A DNA stretch of 39,283 nucleotides, taken from assembly GCA_027364705.1 (NCBI GenBank), contig DAHXOU010000048.1, forward strand, positions 1 through 39,283. The letters run 5' to 3'. Made by a program: the position numbers and the translations under genes. Each line of letters begins with the position of its first letter. Positions within the stretch are counted from its first letter, which is position 1. Under the pieces are notes generated by a model. It searched no databases. It was not told where the DNA came from and was given only the letters and a program-made list of their open reading frames with translations. Origin of the DNA: Nanobdellota archaeon (GTDB lineage Archaea > Nanobdellota > Nanobdellia > Pacearchaeales > GW2011-AR1). Positions 8,939 through 18,487 of the stretch are shown piece after piece.

Positions 8939-9633
8939 TTTCTCTTCGATACTTTTTCAATTTTTCCGTCTTTCAGCCAATAAACTATATCAGCATATTG
9001 ATAAGCCAAATCATGGTCGTGCGTAACCATCACAATAGTTTTTCCTTCTTTGTTTAATTTTTTCAGAACATCCATAACTCTTTCTCCTGTTTTGCTGTCT
9101 AAGTTTCCAGTAGGTTCGTCGGCAAGAATTACTTCAGGGTCATTCGCAAGCGCTCGCGCAATTGCAACTCTCTGTTGCTGCCCGCCAGAAATTTGATTAG
9201 GATAATGTTCTGCTCGGTCAGTTAATTCAAGTTTCTCGAGAATCTTTTTAGCCCGCTCTTCCATAACTTCTTTAGAAATTCCCTGTAATGACATCGGCAA
9301 AGTAATATTTTCTTTAACCGTTAAAGTCGGAATAAGATTAAATTGTTGAAAAATAAAACCAATATTTCTCCCGCGAATTTGCGCAAGGTCAGATTCACCC
9401 AAAACAGAAATATCATAACCGTCAAGAAAAATATGCCCGTGTGTTGGAATATCCAAACTGCCTATCAAATACATCGCAGTACTTTTCCCAGAACCAGAAG
9501 GCCCCATCACCGCGACAAAATCCCCACGATTAACAGTTATATTAATTCTGTCGACAGCCCGCACAATATTTTCTCCAATGTGATAATGCCTTTCGACATT
9601 TTTCAATTGGATAATCACACCCTCTTTTTTCAT
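8935..9633 (-). CDS. ABC transporter ATP-binding protein (MacB/LolD-type)
   Basis: Walker A 'GPSGSGKST', signature '[15 protein letters not shown]', Walker B '[11 protein letters not shown]'. I set the start at the ATG at 9633 ([10 protein letters not shown]...) because the track start at 9648 is a TTG. TATA-like ATTAATAA at about 9654-9661. Confidence 0.92.
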   Translation of the reverse strand: MKKEGVIIQLKNVERHYHIGENIVRAVDRINITVNRGDFVAVMGPSGSGKSTAMYLIGSLDIPTHGHIFLDGYDISVLGESDLAQIRGRNIGFIFQQFNLIPTLTVKENITLPMSLQGISKEVMEERAKKILEKLELTDRAEHYPNQISGGQQQRVAIARALANDPEVILADEPTGNLDSKTGERVMDVLKKLNKEGKTIVMVTHDHDLAYQYADIVYWLKDGKIEKVSKRK

Positions 9634-9683
9634 AAATAACCTAAACAAAAATGATTAATAAGATTTTCTAAGGCTCCAAAATC

Positions 9684-9691
9684 TTTAAAAA
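9684..9691 (+). promoter_or_regulatory. TATA box (TTTAAAAA) for the rps6e / unknown / eif2g operon
   Basis: It is centred about 25 nt upstream of the rps6e ATG (9713), consistent with a leaderless archaeal transcript. Confidence 0.45.
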
Positions 9692-9712
9692 GCAATTTTC
9701 CAATTAATTCTC

Positions 9713-10159
9713 ATGGTATTCAAGATAAACATAGCAGAAAAGAACGGAAAAACATATCATTTAGAAGCTGAAAGTGAAGAACTCAACGGTAAAGAACTTC
9801 ATGATAAAGTTGAAGGAAAAGACATATCAGGAGATTTAAGCGGATATGAGTTCGAGATAACAGGAGCAAGCGACACTTCAGGTTTCACTTCAATGGAAAA
9901 CGTTGAAGGAACAGGATTGAAAAGAGTTCTATTAACCTATGGAAAAGGTATGCACAGAAGATCAAGAAGAGAAGGAAAAAAGAAAGTATCAAACTTCAAA
10001 CCAAATGGATTAAGACTTAGAAAGACAGTTAGAGGAAAAGTCATTTCTCCAGCAATAGTCCAAATTAATCTTAAAATTCTTAAAGAAGGCGGAAAAAAAC
10101 TTTCAGAGATTTTCCCTGACCAAAACCAGCCAAAAGCCGAAGCTCCTAAATCTGAATAA
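9713..10159 (+). CDS. rps6e: 30S ribosomal protein S6e
   Basis: 'MVFKINIAEKNGKTYHLE...ISGDLSGYEFEITGASDTSGF' is the S6e signature. It has a basic C-terminal half. Confidence 0.9.
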   Translation: MVFKINIAEKNGKTYHLEAESEELNGKELHDKVEGKDISGDLSGYEFEITGASDTSGFTSMENVEGTGLKRVLLTYGKGMHRRSRREGKKKVSNFKPNGLRLRKTVRGKVISPAIVQINLKILKEGGKKLSEIFPDQNQPKAEAPKSE

Positions 10160-10659
10160 TGCTTCCAAAAAATTTCAAACTTGAAAGGTTGGATAACGGA
10201 ATAAAAAATTTAGTAATAACATTAAATAAAATTCCAGAAGTCCATACTGCAACAACCTGTGAAGGACATGTTTGGAGAGATTGCCCAGCTTATCCGACAA
10301 AAGATGGATGGGTATATTTTTCTAAGGATAAAAATGGCCTAACAAAAACAATAGAAAATTTCTGCATCGATTATCCTGCTTTTATTTTGGACTATAATCC
10401 TATTGTAGATTTTTACATAATTAACGGAACCTTTGGAGATGAACTTGGGGACCCACACAAAAATTCAGCAGGAATACATTTTGAAAAGTGGAGTAAAGAT
10501 GAACAAGAGAAATTTTTTGAAAAAGCAGATATTAGAAAAAAAGAAATTCTCTTGGGATGGAACGAATTAGATTCAAGACTAAAAGATTACATAATCAAAA
10601 ATATAACAAGAGATATAGAATCACTTTCTTATTTTGAACTTAACCCAAACCTTTTTTAA
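10159..10659 (+). CDS. hypothetical protein embedded in the translation-factor operon
   Basis: 166-aa ORF whose ATG shares a nucleotide with the rps6e stop (TAATG). It ends 22 nt before eif2g. I recognise no family. It contains 'TTCEGHVWRDCP'. Confidence 0.6.
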   Translation: MLPKNFKLERLDNGIKNLVITLNKIPEVHTATTCEGHVWRDCPAYPTKDGWVYFSKDKNGLTKTIENFCIDYPAFILDYNPIVDFYIINGTFGDELGDPHKNSAGIHFEKWSKDEQEKFFEKADIRKKEILLGWNELDSRLKDYIIKNITRDIESLSYFELNPNLF

Positions 10660-10681
10660 TTGATTTCTTCAATCTATTTCA

Positions 10682-11875
10682 ATGACTAAAACCGAAAATA
10701 TCCCCGAATTAATTGTTGGTGTTGTAGGACACATTGACCACGGAAAAACAACTCTTTTAGCAAAGCTGACAGGAAAATTCCCAGACACACATTCAGAAGA
10801 ATTGAAAAGAGGAATCACAATAAAACTCGGCTACGCCGATATGGTTATTTCTAAAGAAGGAGATAATTATAATAATAAAGGAAAAGGAACTCCTCTAAGA
10901 TACATAAGTTTCATCGACGCACCAGGCCACGAAATGCTGATGGCTACAATGCTTTCTGGAGCCGCTATTATCGACGCTGCAATTCTCGTAGTCGCTGCAA
11001 ACGAAGGAATTAAACCCCAAACAAGAGAACACTTTATCGCACTTCAGGCAAAGAAAATAAAAAATTTGATAATAGTCCAGAACAAAATAGATTTAGTTAC
11101 AAAAGAGCAGGCAATTAAAAATTTCAACGACATAAAAAACTTCGTCAAAGGAACGATTGCAGAAAATGCCCCTATAATTCCAATATCCGCACAACAGGAA
11201 ATAAATCTTGACAAAATAATCTCAGAACTTGCAGAAGTTGAAATCCCAAAAAGAGATTTAGAATCAGACCCTGTTTTTTTAATTGCAAGAAGTTTCGACA
11301 TAAATCGTCCAGGAACTTCTGCAGAAAAACTTCACGGCGGTGTCCTTGGAGGGATATTGAAAAAAGGAAAACTTGCTGTCGGAGATGAAATTGAAATCAA
11401 ACCAGGACTAAGTATAAAAAAAGCAAATCAGCAGTCATATCAAACTCTTACAACAAAAATTCTATCTCTTTACCGAGGGAATAAATCAATGGAAGAAGTT
11501 CTGCCAGGAGCAAGCATCGCAATAGAAACCGAACTTGATCCTTTCTTTACAAAAGCAGATTCTCTTTCAGGTTGTGTCGCAGGATTAAAAGGGAAACTTC
11601 CTGAGATAAGTTACAAAATAAAAGTAAAGACGCAAATGTTCAAAGAAATTTTAGGAATTAACGAACACAAAGAAGTCGCCCCACTGAAAACAAAAGAAAT
11701 GCTTATGCTAAGTGTAAACACAACTATAACCGTCGGCACAACTGAAAAAATAAACAAAGATGAAATTGAACTTTTCCTTAACATTCCAATAGTTGCAATC
11801 AAAGGAGACAATGTAGGAATTGCAAGAAATATTGACGGACACTGGAGATTAATCGGATTCGGCGAGATAATTTGA
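10682..11875 (+). CDS. eif2g: translation initiation factor aIF2 gamma subunit
   Basis: 'VGHIDHGKTTL', 'HSEELKRGITIKLGYA', 'FIDAPGHE' and 'QNKIDL', with EF-Tu-like domains II and III. 397 aa. Confidence 0.93.
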   Translation: MTKTENIPELIVGVVGHIDHGKTTLLAKLTGKFPDTHSEELKRGITIKLGYADMVISKEGDNYNNKGKGTPLRYISFIDAPGHEMLMATMLSGAAIIDAAILVVAANEGIKPQTREHFIALQAKKIKNLIIVQNKIDLVTKEQAIKNFNDIKNFVKGTIAENAPIIPISAQQEINLDKIISELAEVEIPKRDLESDPVFLIARSFDINRPGTSAEKLHGGVLGGILKKGKLAVGDEIEIKPGLSIKKANQQSYQTLTTKILSLYRGNKSMEEVLPGASIAIETELDPFFTKADSLSGCVAGLKGKLPEISYKIKVKTQMFKEILGINEHKEVAPLKTKEMLMLSVNTTITVGTTEKINKDEIELFLNIPIVAIKGDNVGIARNIDGHWRLIGFGEII

Positions 11876-11876
11876 A

Positions 11877-12032
11877 ATGAAAACAATAAAAGAATCAATA
11901 GATGATGCGATGAAAGAAATTGCTATCTGGCCAAAATGGAAAAGAGATTTTATCGGGCTTGAAAATGATAATACTTTCAATGAAAAAGTCAGAAAGAATG
12001 TTGGAGATTATATAAAAAATAATTATTTCTAA
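11877..12032 (+). CDS. 51-aa micro-ORF immediately after eif2g (hypothetical)
   Basis: Hand translation gives MKTIKESIDDAMKEIAIWPKWKRDFIGLENDNTFNEKVRKNVGDYIKNNYF*. The ATG lies 1 nt after the eif2g stop. It is below the ORF-track length cutoff and I see no homology. Confidence 0.3.
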   Translation: MKTIKESIDDAMKEIAIWPKWKRDFIGLENDNTFNEKVRKNVGDYIKNNYF

Positions 12033-12039
12033 AGTTCTC

Positions 12040-12801
12040 TTAATATCTTAATACATTTCTAATTATTCTGATATTTTCCCCGCCGTATAGTTCTCTCAAA
12101 ACATTTCTAATTATTTCAACATCTTTTTTTGTCTTCTCAATATCAACTTCTGTTTCCAAAGTTATTTCTGCATTGTAAGGATAATAACTTAAAATCTTTT
12201 TCAAATCTAATTCGGAATCTTCAAGACAAATGTGGTCATTCGATTTAGAAAGTCTCTGTCCGCCAATATGATAATGCTTGGGATTTAATCGCAGATAATT
12301 TTTAATAAAACTGTAATCTCCGTTAACGTTTTTTAATTCCCCAGCGTGATTGATATCAAAACAGAATTTTTTCTTTGTCTCATAAAGAAAAGTTTCTAAA
12401 TCTGAAGGACAGACACATAATCTTGTTCTGGTTTTTCTCTCAGATAAATTTTCTATACAAATTCTATCATCATTTATTTCATTAAAAAAATCAATTGAAT
12501 TTTTCAAAGAGCATTTAGAATCATATAAATCTCCTGGATGAACAATAATTTTCTCAGCATTAACTTTATCTGCAAGTCTTCTTGCAAAATTTACCGATTT
12601 CAAATTAGATTTCTTCTTCGAAATATCTGCAGGATTAGAACCATACACCTGATGCTCGGCATGAATCACCATCGGCAAACAAAAATTTTTCAGAAAAGAA
12701 TAATCATTTTCCTGCACTGCCATTATTTCAAAAAAATCAACTTTATCCTCAAAAGGTTTTAAGAAATTTTCATCACCATAAGTTTTAACGCCAATCTTCA
12801 T
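12040..12801 (-). CDS. xylose isomerase-like / AP-endonuclease-2 family TIM-barrel protein
   Basis: 253 aa. The metal-ligand-like pattern is 'VIHAEH', 'IVHPGD', 'IENL', 'FDINH', 'HYHIGG', which is typical of PF01261-type TIM barrels. I cannot assign a specific activity. Confidence 0.55.
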   Translation of the reverse strand: MKIGVKTYGDENFLKPFEDKVDFFEIMAVQENDYSFLKNFCLPMVIHAEHQVYGSNPADISKKKSNLKSVNFARRLADKVNAEKIIVHPGDLYDSKCSLKNSIDFFNEINDDRICIENLSERKTRTRLCVCPSDLETFLYETKKKFCFDINHAGELKNVNGDYSFIKNYLRLNPKHYHIGGQRLSKSNDHICLEDSELDLKKILSYYPYNAEITLETEVDIEKTKKDVEIIRNVLRELYGGENIRIIRNVLRY

Positions 12802-12852
12802 AAAATTCCCAAGAAGAATCAGATTTATAAAGATTAGTTCACAAAGATATAT

Positions 12853-13656
12853 ATGAAGGGGTTGACTATATTCGTTGTAATTTCTTTATTACTAATTAGT
12901 TTTGTATGTGCAAAAGAAATGGCAAGTAATGCTTATAGTGATTCAGAACAAACAGCAACAAGAGATTCTTATTCTGCTCCCGAAGATTCATTAAGAGAAA
13001 GGATACAAAATAAATTAAATGATTCTCAAATAAAAGAAATATTCAGAGAAAAAAATAGAATAAGAATAAAAAATCAAACAGAAAATTGCACTGAACATTG
13101 TAATTGCACAGGAAGTGTGACAAAATGCTGGCTTGCAAACGGAACAAGAGAGATGACAATTATCGCAGGAAAATCAGGAAATATAATTATTCAGATTAAA
13201 GGGATGAATGCTTCTACAAATGTCACATTATACAAATCTGAAGACGGAAAATTATATGCTGTCTTAAAAAATAACGAGACAAAAATTGTCAAACTTCTTC
13301 CAGATCAAGCAAGAGAACAGATAAGAGCAAGATTTGCAAGGAACTTCGATAATGAATCAATAAATTTAAATGAAGACGGAACTTACACTTATATCGGTGA
13401 AAAGAAAGCAAAATTATTTTTATTATTTCCAGTAAAGTCTTATGTAAAAGCAGAATTTGATCCAGAAACAGGAAAGCTGATACAGATAAAAAATCCTTGG
13501 TGGGGATTCTTGTCAAGAGATGAAAATGCAGACACAATCATCGGGGCAAGTTGCGGGACAGTAACTCCTGGAGAAAATAATAACTGTTGTAAGAGCAGAG
13601 GATTCGACGCATGGAACGAAACAACAACAGAATGCCAGTTTTCTAAAGATAATTAA
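12853..13656 (+). CDS. secreted Cys-rich hypothetical protein
   Basis: Signal peptide 'LTIFVVISLLLISFVCA'. There are Cys clusters at both ends (CTEHCNCTGSVTKC; CGTVTPGENNNCCKSRG...ECQ) and several N-x-S/T sequons. TATA ATTTATAAAG lies upstream. Confidence 0.6.
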   Translation: MKGLTIFVVISLLLISFVCAKEMASNAYSDSEQTATRDSYSAPEDSLRERIQNKLNDSQIKEIFREKNRIRIKNQTENCTEHCNCTGSVTKCWLANGTREMTIIAGKSGNIIIQIKGMNASTNVTLYKSEDGKLYAVLKNNETKIVKLLPDQAREQIRARFARNFDNESINLNEDGTYTYIGEKKAKLFLLFPVKSYVKAEFDPETGKLIQIKNPWWGFLSRDENADTIIGASCGTVTPGENNNCCKSRGFDAWNETTTECQFSKDN

Positions 13657-13686
13657 TTTTATATAGAGAATTTCTTATAATAAATT

Positions 13687-14625
13687 ATGTCAATAAATGA
13701 TTTACAGAACATAATAAAAAGTAATGAAGAAATCCCCAAATGGGATGACTTTTCAGATTATGAAGGTTATGACTACACATTGAGAAATGGAAAAGTAATC
13801 TTAGTAAGACCTTGGGAAAATGAAACAGATATATGTAAGCTTTCAACAAAAAAAGAAATCCAAAAACCCAAAGAACCTTTCTGTTACAAATCCATTAAAG
13901 ATTTCAATGAGAGAAAATCAAATAAAATTCCTATGAAAATCTGGAATATTAAAAACAATTTTTTCCTAGGAAAGAAAACTCTGAACGAAACAAAAGAAAA
14001 AATAAAACAAGATTTCGATTTATATTTATATTTTAATTCAGCAGAAAATGTAAAAGGAAAAACCTATCTTCCTTATGATTCTTTTTTAACCTATATAAGC
14101 AGACAGGAAAATTCCTCAGAGTTCAATGTTTTTAATTTGAGGGATAAGATTTACAAAACCGCAAAAAATATCTGTCAAAAAAATAAAAATCTCGACGGCA
14201 AAGTTCACGAAATTACAACTGCCCTTTTCTATAATGATTTGTTAAGAAAAATATTAATCGGAGAAAATGAATTAAAAGACTCAAAGAATAAAATGCAGGC
14301 AATTTCAGAAGCCAGCAAACTTTCTGCAAAACAAGTAAGACACTGGACAGCAAAATTGAAAAAAGAATATATCAAAGAATTTATCGAATATAAACAGAAA
14401 AATAATTTACTGACTTACAGCGATTTGAAACAAGGAGAGAATATTTATGGAATAATAATTAAAGACAGAATAAAAGAAGAATGTGGGAACAAAGAGATAA
14501 ACTATTCGGCAATCGCAAAAAAATATGGATTGAAAAACGGCAGAGTCGTCAGCAAGATAATTCGAGATAGCTATCAATGCCAAAAAAGCGATTTATATGA
14601 ACCAATAAAACTTTTGACTGCCTAA
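13687..14625 (+). CDS. hypothetical protein with two HTH-like segments
   Basis: 312 aa. 'ISEASKLSAKQVRHWTAKL' and 'INYSAIAKKYGLKNGRVVSKIIRD' look like helix-turn-helix units. I recognise no family. Confidence 0.5.
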   Translation: MSINDLQNIIKSNEEIPKWDDFSDYEGYDYTLRNGKVILVRPWENETDICKLSTKKEIQKPKEPFCYKSIKDFNERKSNKIPMKIWNIKNNFFLGKKTLNETKEKIKQDFDLYLYFNSAENVKGKTYLPYDSFLTYISRQENSSEFNVFNLRDKIYKTAKNICQKNKNLDGKVHEITTALFYNDLLRKILIGENELKDSKNKMQAISEASKLSAKQVRHWTAKLKKEYIKEFIEYKQKNNLLTYSDLKQGENIYGIIIKDRIKEECGNKEINYSAIAKKYGLKNGRVVSKIIRDSYQCQKSDLYEPIKLLTA

Positions 14626-14657
14626 ATATTTATAATTAATAATTATTTTTGCTAGCA

Positions 14658-15521
14658 ATGGCAGAATCTTATTCTCATTCAAGAATTGAAACATTTGAAC
14701 AGTGCAGACTTAAGTTCAAATACAGATATATTGACAAAATAATTCCTGAAATTGCAAAAAGCATTGAAGCGCATCTCGGAAGCATGGTTCACGAAACTCT
14801 TGAATGGCTCTACACGCAAGTAATGGAAAAGAAAATACCAACAATAAGCGATGTCGTAGATTTCTATTCCGCAAGATGGCAGGAAAATTATACCAAAGAC
14901 ATGAAGATTGTAAACCAATCAATGAAAGCAGAAGATTATTTTCAAAGAGGAGTTGAATTCCTAATTAATTATTTCATGAAACATCACCCGTTTAAAGACA
15001 ACACAATCGCGATAGAAAAGAAAATAGAACTAAATCTCGACGGAAAAGGAGAAAAAAGATTAGTCGGATATATAGACCGTCTTGTGCATAATCTTGAAAC
15101 AGACGAGGTTGAAATTCACGATTACAAAACCAGCAACAGCATGTGGTCAAAAGAAAAATTAGAAAGTAACAGACAGTTAGCATTATATTCCCTCGCAATA
15201 AAAGAATCATTCGGAAAAGAAAAAAAAGTCTGCATGGTTTGGCATTTCCTCGCACACGATATGAAAGTCTGTTTAAGAAAAACAAATGAACAGCTTGAAC
15301 TTCTCAGAGAAGAAGTTATTGCAATAATTGATGAAATAGAAAACACAAAACATTTTCCAGGAACAAAATCTCGTTTATGTGATTGGTGTGAATACAGAAA
15401 TACATGTGAAGCTTGGGGAAAATTGCCTCCTTCATTGACGGTAAAAGATGTTCCTACAAATATTCATCCAGCAGAACAAACTATTGAACATAAAGACGAA
15501 GAATTATTAGATATTTGGTAA
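14658..15521 (+). CDS. Cas4-like PD-(D/E)XK nuclease with 4-Cys Fe-S cluster (solo, no CRISPR context)
   Basis: N-terminal 'SHSRIETFEQCRLKFKYRY'. Motif II/III is 'GYIDRL...VEIHDYKTS', and the Q-x3-Y motif is 'NRQLALYSL'. The C-terminal 'CDWCEYRNTC' (C-x2-C-x5-C) together with the N-terminal Cys gives the Cas4/AddB cluster pattern. I set the start at the ATG at 14658; the track start at 14649 is a TTG. Confidence 0.75.
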   Translation: MAESYSHSRIETFEQCRLKFKYRYIDKIIPEIAKSIEAHLGSMVHETLEWLYTQVMEKKIPTISDVVDFYSARWQENYTKDMKIVNQSMKAEDYFQRGVEFLINYFMKHHPFKDNTIAIEKKIELNLDGKGEKRLVGYIDRLVHNLETDEVEIHDYKTSNSMWSKEKLESNRQLALYSLAIKESFGKEKKVCMVWHFLAHDMKVCLRKTNEQLELLREEVIAIIDEIENTKHFPGTKSRLCDWCEYRNTCEAWGKLPPSLTVKDVPTNIHPAEQTIEHKDEELLDIW

Positions 15522-15587
15522 GAAACAACGACACGAGTACAAATTTTTCCGCAATGGGCGGGATTAACTCGTAGAATTGTGATTTAT

Positions 15588-15815
15588 TTAATGAGAACGA
15601 CTTTTTGCAAAGACTTCAATATCTCCAATGCCAATTCTTTCTTTTGCTTTTCCTATCTTTTTTGTATAATAAAGAATATTATAAACTTCAAACTCATCTC
15701 CAGCGTAACGAATTCTTTCACCAACTCGGGGCAATACACCTTCAATAATCGTCGCTGGTCCCATTAGAATACCCAATTTATTCTCCGGAAAAAGTTTGTA
15801 TTCAATTGTTTCCAT
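15588..15815 (-). CDS. small hypothetical protein (75 aa)
   Basis: The ORF has an ATG at 15815; the track start at 15818 is a TTG. It is convergent with the nuclease gene. No family recognised. Confidence 0.4.
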   Translation of the reverse strand: METIEYKLFPENKLGILMGPATIIEGVLPRVGERIRYAGDEFEVYNILYYTKKIGKAKERIGIGDIEVFAKSRSH

Positions 15816-15865
15816 CAATTAGAAAAAGATTTTTACTTTTTAAGGTTAATTATGTTAGAAAATAA

Positions 15866-18487
15866 TTATTCCCCTGTTTCTCCAATTCCTTCACTAACTT
15901 TTATCATGTCAGTTACAGAATCACCTTCATGAAGCTTGACAATTCTAACTCCTTGTGCAGCTCTTCCCATTACTCGAATATTTTCAAGTGAAGTTCTTAT
16001 TACCATTCCCTTTGCTGTTGTAATAATTATACTATCTTTATCGTCGACAGAAATTGTAGCGACAACATCTGCTGTCTTATCACTAACTTTCAGATTAATA
16101 ACTCCTTTTCCTGCTCTCGCAGTTTTTCTGTAATCAGCAACAGCAGTTCTCTTACCAAATCCGTTTCTAGTGATTGTTAAGATTGCTTCAGTGTTCAAAA
16201 TTCCTGAACTAACAACTTCATCGTCATCATCAAGTTTAATTCCTGTAACACCATAACTCGCTCTTCCTGTTTCTCTGACATCATTGCTGTTAAATCTAAT
16301 TGCCTTTCCCTTCTTAGTTGCAAGAGAAACTTCCTGTCCTTTCTTTACAACATCAACGCCAATAAGAGAGTCAGAATTATCTTCAGGTAAATTAATCGCT
16401 TTAATTCCAGATGCACGAGGTTTAGAAAATTCTTCAAGAGGAATTTTCTTGACAATTCCTTTTTTCGTCGCCATGAATAAATCATCTTCAAATATCTTAA
16501 CAGAAATTACATTAGCAACATTCTCATCTTTAAGTCCAAGAAGATTAATCAAAGCTTTTCCTTTACTGTATTTCTCTGCTTCAGGAATATCATAAGCTTT
16601 CAGCCACAAAACTCTTCCTCTCGTCGTGAAAAACATAAGATAATCATGAGTTGAACAAACAATTAACTGTTTAACAAAATCTCCTGTTGCAAGATTACTT
16701 CCAATAACTCCCTTACCTCCTCTTTTCTGTTCTTTGTAAGCTTTAGTATCCATTCTCTTGCAGTATCCTTTGTCAGTAATTGTTACAACAACTTCTTTTT
16801 CCTGAACCAAATCCTTTTCAGAAATTTCAGTTATTCTCTTAAGAACATTCGTATTTCTTGTATCTCCGTATTTCTCTTTAAGACCATTAACTTCCTTAAC
16901 AATTATTTTCAAAACTTCCTTTATGTCTGCAAGAATTTTCTCATACTCTGCAATTTTTTCAATTAATTCCTGTTGTTCTTTTTTCAACTTTTCCTGTTCA
17001 AGAGAAGTTAATTGCTGTAACTTAGTTTCTAAAACTGCCTGTGCCTGTTTTTTGCTAAGCTGGAATTTTTTCATAAGACCTTCAAGAGCTTCTGCAGTTC
17101 CCTTAGATTTCTTAATCAAGTCAATAACAGCGTCGATATTCTTCAAAGCGATTATAAGTCCGTCAACAATCTCAAGTCTGTCTTTAGATTTCTTAAGTTC
17201 GAATTTTGTTCTGTTAGTGATAATTATTTTTCTGTGCTTTACATATTCTTCAAGAACATTTCTAAGATTGAGAATTCTCGGTCTTCCTCCGACGAGAGCA
17301 AGGAAGTTCACATTAAAAGAATCCTGAAGTCGCGTGTATTTGTAAAGAGAATTAATTACAAAATCTGCACTCGCGCCTTTTCTAAGTTCAAGAACTATTC
17401 TGATTTTCCCTTTAGAACTTTCATCCCTTAAATCAGAAATATCTTTCAGTTTCTTGCTCTGAATTAATTCAGCTATCTGTTCAACAAGAGAAGTTTTGTT
17501 AAGCATGTAAGGAATTTCAGTAATTACAATTGCCTCTTTAGTTTTCAGTTGTTCAACAGAAACTTTTCCACGAACAATCAATTTCCCCTTTCCTGTTTTA
17601 TACAATTCAAGCATATTTCCTGAAACACTTCCGCCAGTAGGAAAGTCAGGACCAGTAACAATATTACAAAGTTCTTCAATAGTTATTCCTTCATTTTTAA
17701 CATAAGCAATAATTGCATCACAAATTTCTCTAAGATTATGAGGAGGAATATTTGTAGCCATACCGACGGCAATTCCTGTTGCTCCATTAATTACAAGAGA
17801 AGGTAATTTCCCTGGAAGTAAATCTGGTTCCTTAAGTGAATTATCAAAATTAGGAGTGAACTTAACAGTTTCCTTATCTATATCTTCAAGTAATTCCGTC
17901 GCAATATGCATCAGTCTTGCTTCAGTATAACGATAAGCAGCAGGAGGGTCTCCGTCGATGCTACCAAAATTACCCTGGCCATAAACTAAAGGATATCTCA
18001 GTGAAAAATTCTGAGCCATTCTTACCATCGCATCATAAACCGCAGTATCACCATGAGGGTGGAATTTACCGATAACATCTCCCACAACTCTTGCCGATTT
18101 TTTTGTCTGACTTCCAGGCTTCAGTCCCATCAAATGCATCGAATATAAAATTCTTCTCTGAACAGGTTTAAGTCCGTCTTCAATTGCAGGAATCGCTCTC
18201 GAAACAATTACTGACATCGCATAATCAAGATATGCCTTCTTCATTTCTTCAGAAACTTCAACAGGAATTACCCGCTTAGGATCTTCGTCAGGACTAATTC
18301 CACTCTTAGCAATTTCTTTTTTTGTTTCATCTTTTTCTTCTTCATCTTCTTCTAATTCGCCAATTTCATGTTCTTCATTATCTTCCTCTACGTTCTCTTC
18401 GGCATCTTCAACTTCGTCTTCGACTTTATTTTCTTCAGTTTCTTCTTCCATCTCTTCACGGTTATTTATTTCTTCTTCGTCTTCCAT
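15866..18487 (-). CDS. gyrA: DNA gyrase subunit A with poly-acidic N-terminal extension
   Basis: '[15 protein letters not shown]', active-site region '[10 protein letters not shown]', GyrA-box 'QKRGGKGV', and a C-terminal beta-pinwheel. The first ~58 residues are almost all E/D. Its ATG shares a base with the upstream gene's stop. Confidence 0.95.
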   Translation of the reverse strand: MEDEEEINNREEMEEETEENKVEDEVEDAEENVEEDNEEHEIGELEEDEEEKDETKKEIAKSGISPDEDPKRVIPVEVSEEMKKAYLDYAMSVIVSRAIPAIEDGLKPVQRRILYSMHLMGLKPGSQTKKSARVVGDVIGKFHPHGDTAVYDAMVRMAQNFSLRYPLVYGQGNFGSIDGDPPAAYRYTEARLMHIATELLEDIDKETVKFTPNFDNSLKEPDLLPGKLPSLVINGATGIAVGMATNIPPHNLREICDAIIAYVKNEGITIEELCNIVTGPDFPTGGSVSGNMLELYKTGKGKLIVRGKVSVEQLKTKEAIVITEIPYMLNKTSLVEQIAELIQSKKLKDISDLRDESSKGKIRIVLELRKGASADFVINSLYKYTRLQDSFNVNFLALVGGRPRILNLRNVLEEYVKHRKIIITNRTKFELKKSKDRLEIVDGLIIALKNIDAVIDLIKKSKGTAEALEGLMKKFQLSKKQAQAVLETKLQQLTSLEQEKLKKEQQELIEKIAEYEKILADIKEVLKIIVKEVNGLKEKYGDTRNTNVLKRITEISEKDLVQEKEVVVTITDKGYCKRMDTKAYKEQKRGGKGVIGSNLATGDFVKQLIVCSTHDYLMFFTTRGRVLWLKAYDIPEAEKYSKGKALINLLGLKDENVANVISVKIFEDDLFMATKKGIVKKIPLEEFSKPRASGIKAINLPEDNSDSLIGVDVVKKGQEVSLATKKGKAIRFNSNDVRETGRASYGVTGIKLDDDDEVVSSGILNTEAILTITRNGFGKRTAVADYRKTARAGKGVINLKVSDKTADVVATISVDDKDSIIITTAKGMVIRTSLENIRVMGRAAQGVRIVKLHEGDSVTDMIKVSEGIGETGE

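Noticed and set aside
12040-12125. A short direct duplication at the 3' end of the TIM-barrel gene (protein ...IIRNVLRELYGGENIRIIRNVLRY; DNA acatttctaattatt occurs twice)
   Set aside because: It is a roughly 15-nt duplication consistent with replication slippage. It has no obvious functional implication, so I noted it only for completeness.
15522-15587. Inverted repeats (acgagt...actcgt enclosing ccgc-aatgg-gcgg) between the convergent nuclease and the 75-aa ORF, as a possible bidirectional terminator or small RNA
   Set aside because: The stems are only 4-6 bp with a large loop. Archaeal termination usually relies on oligo-T tracts. This cannot be distinguished from chance by eye.
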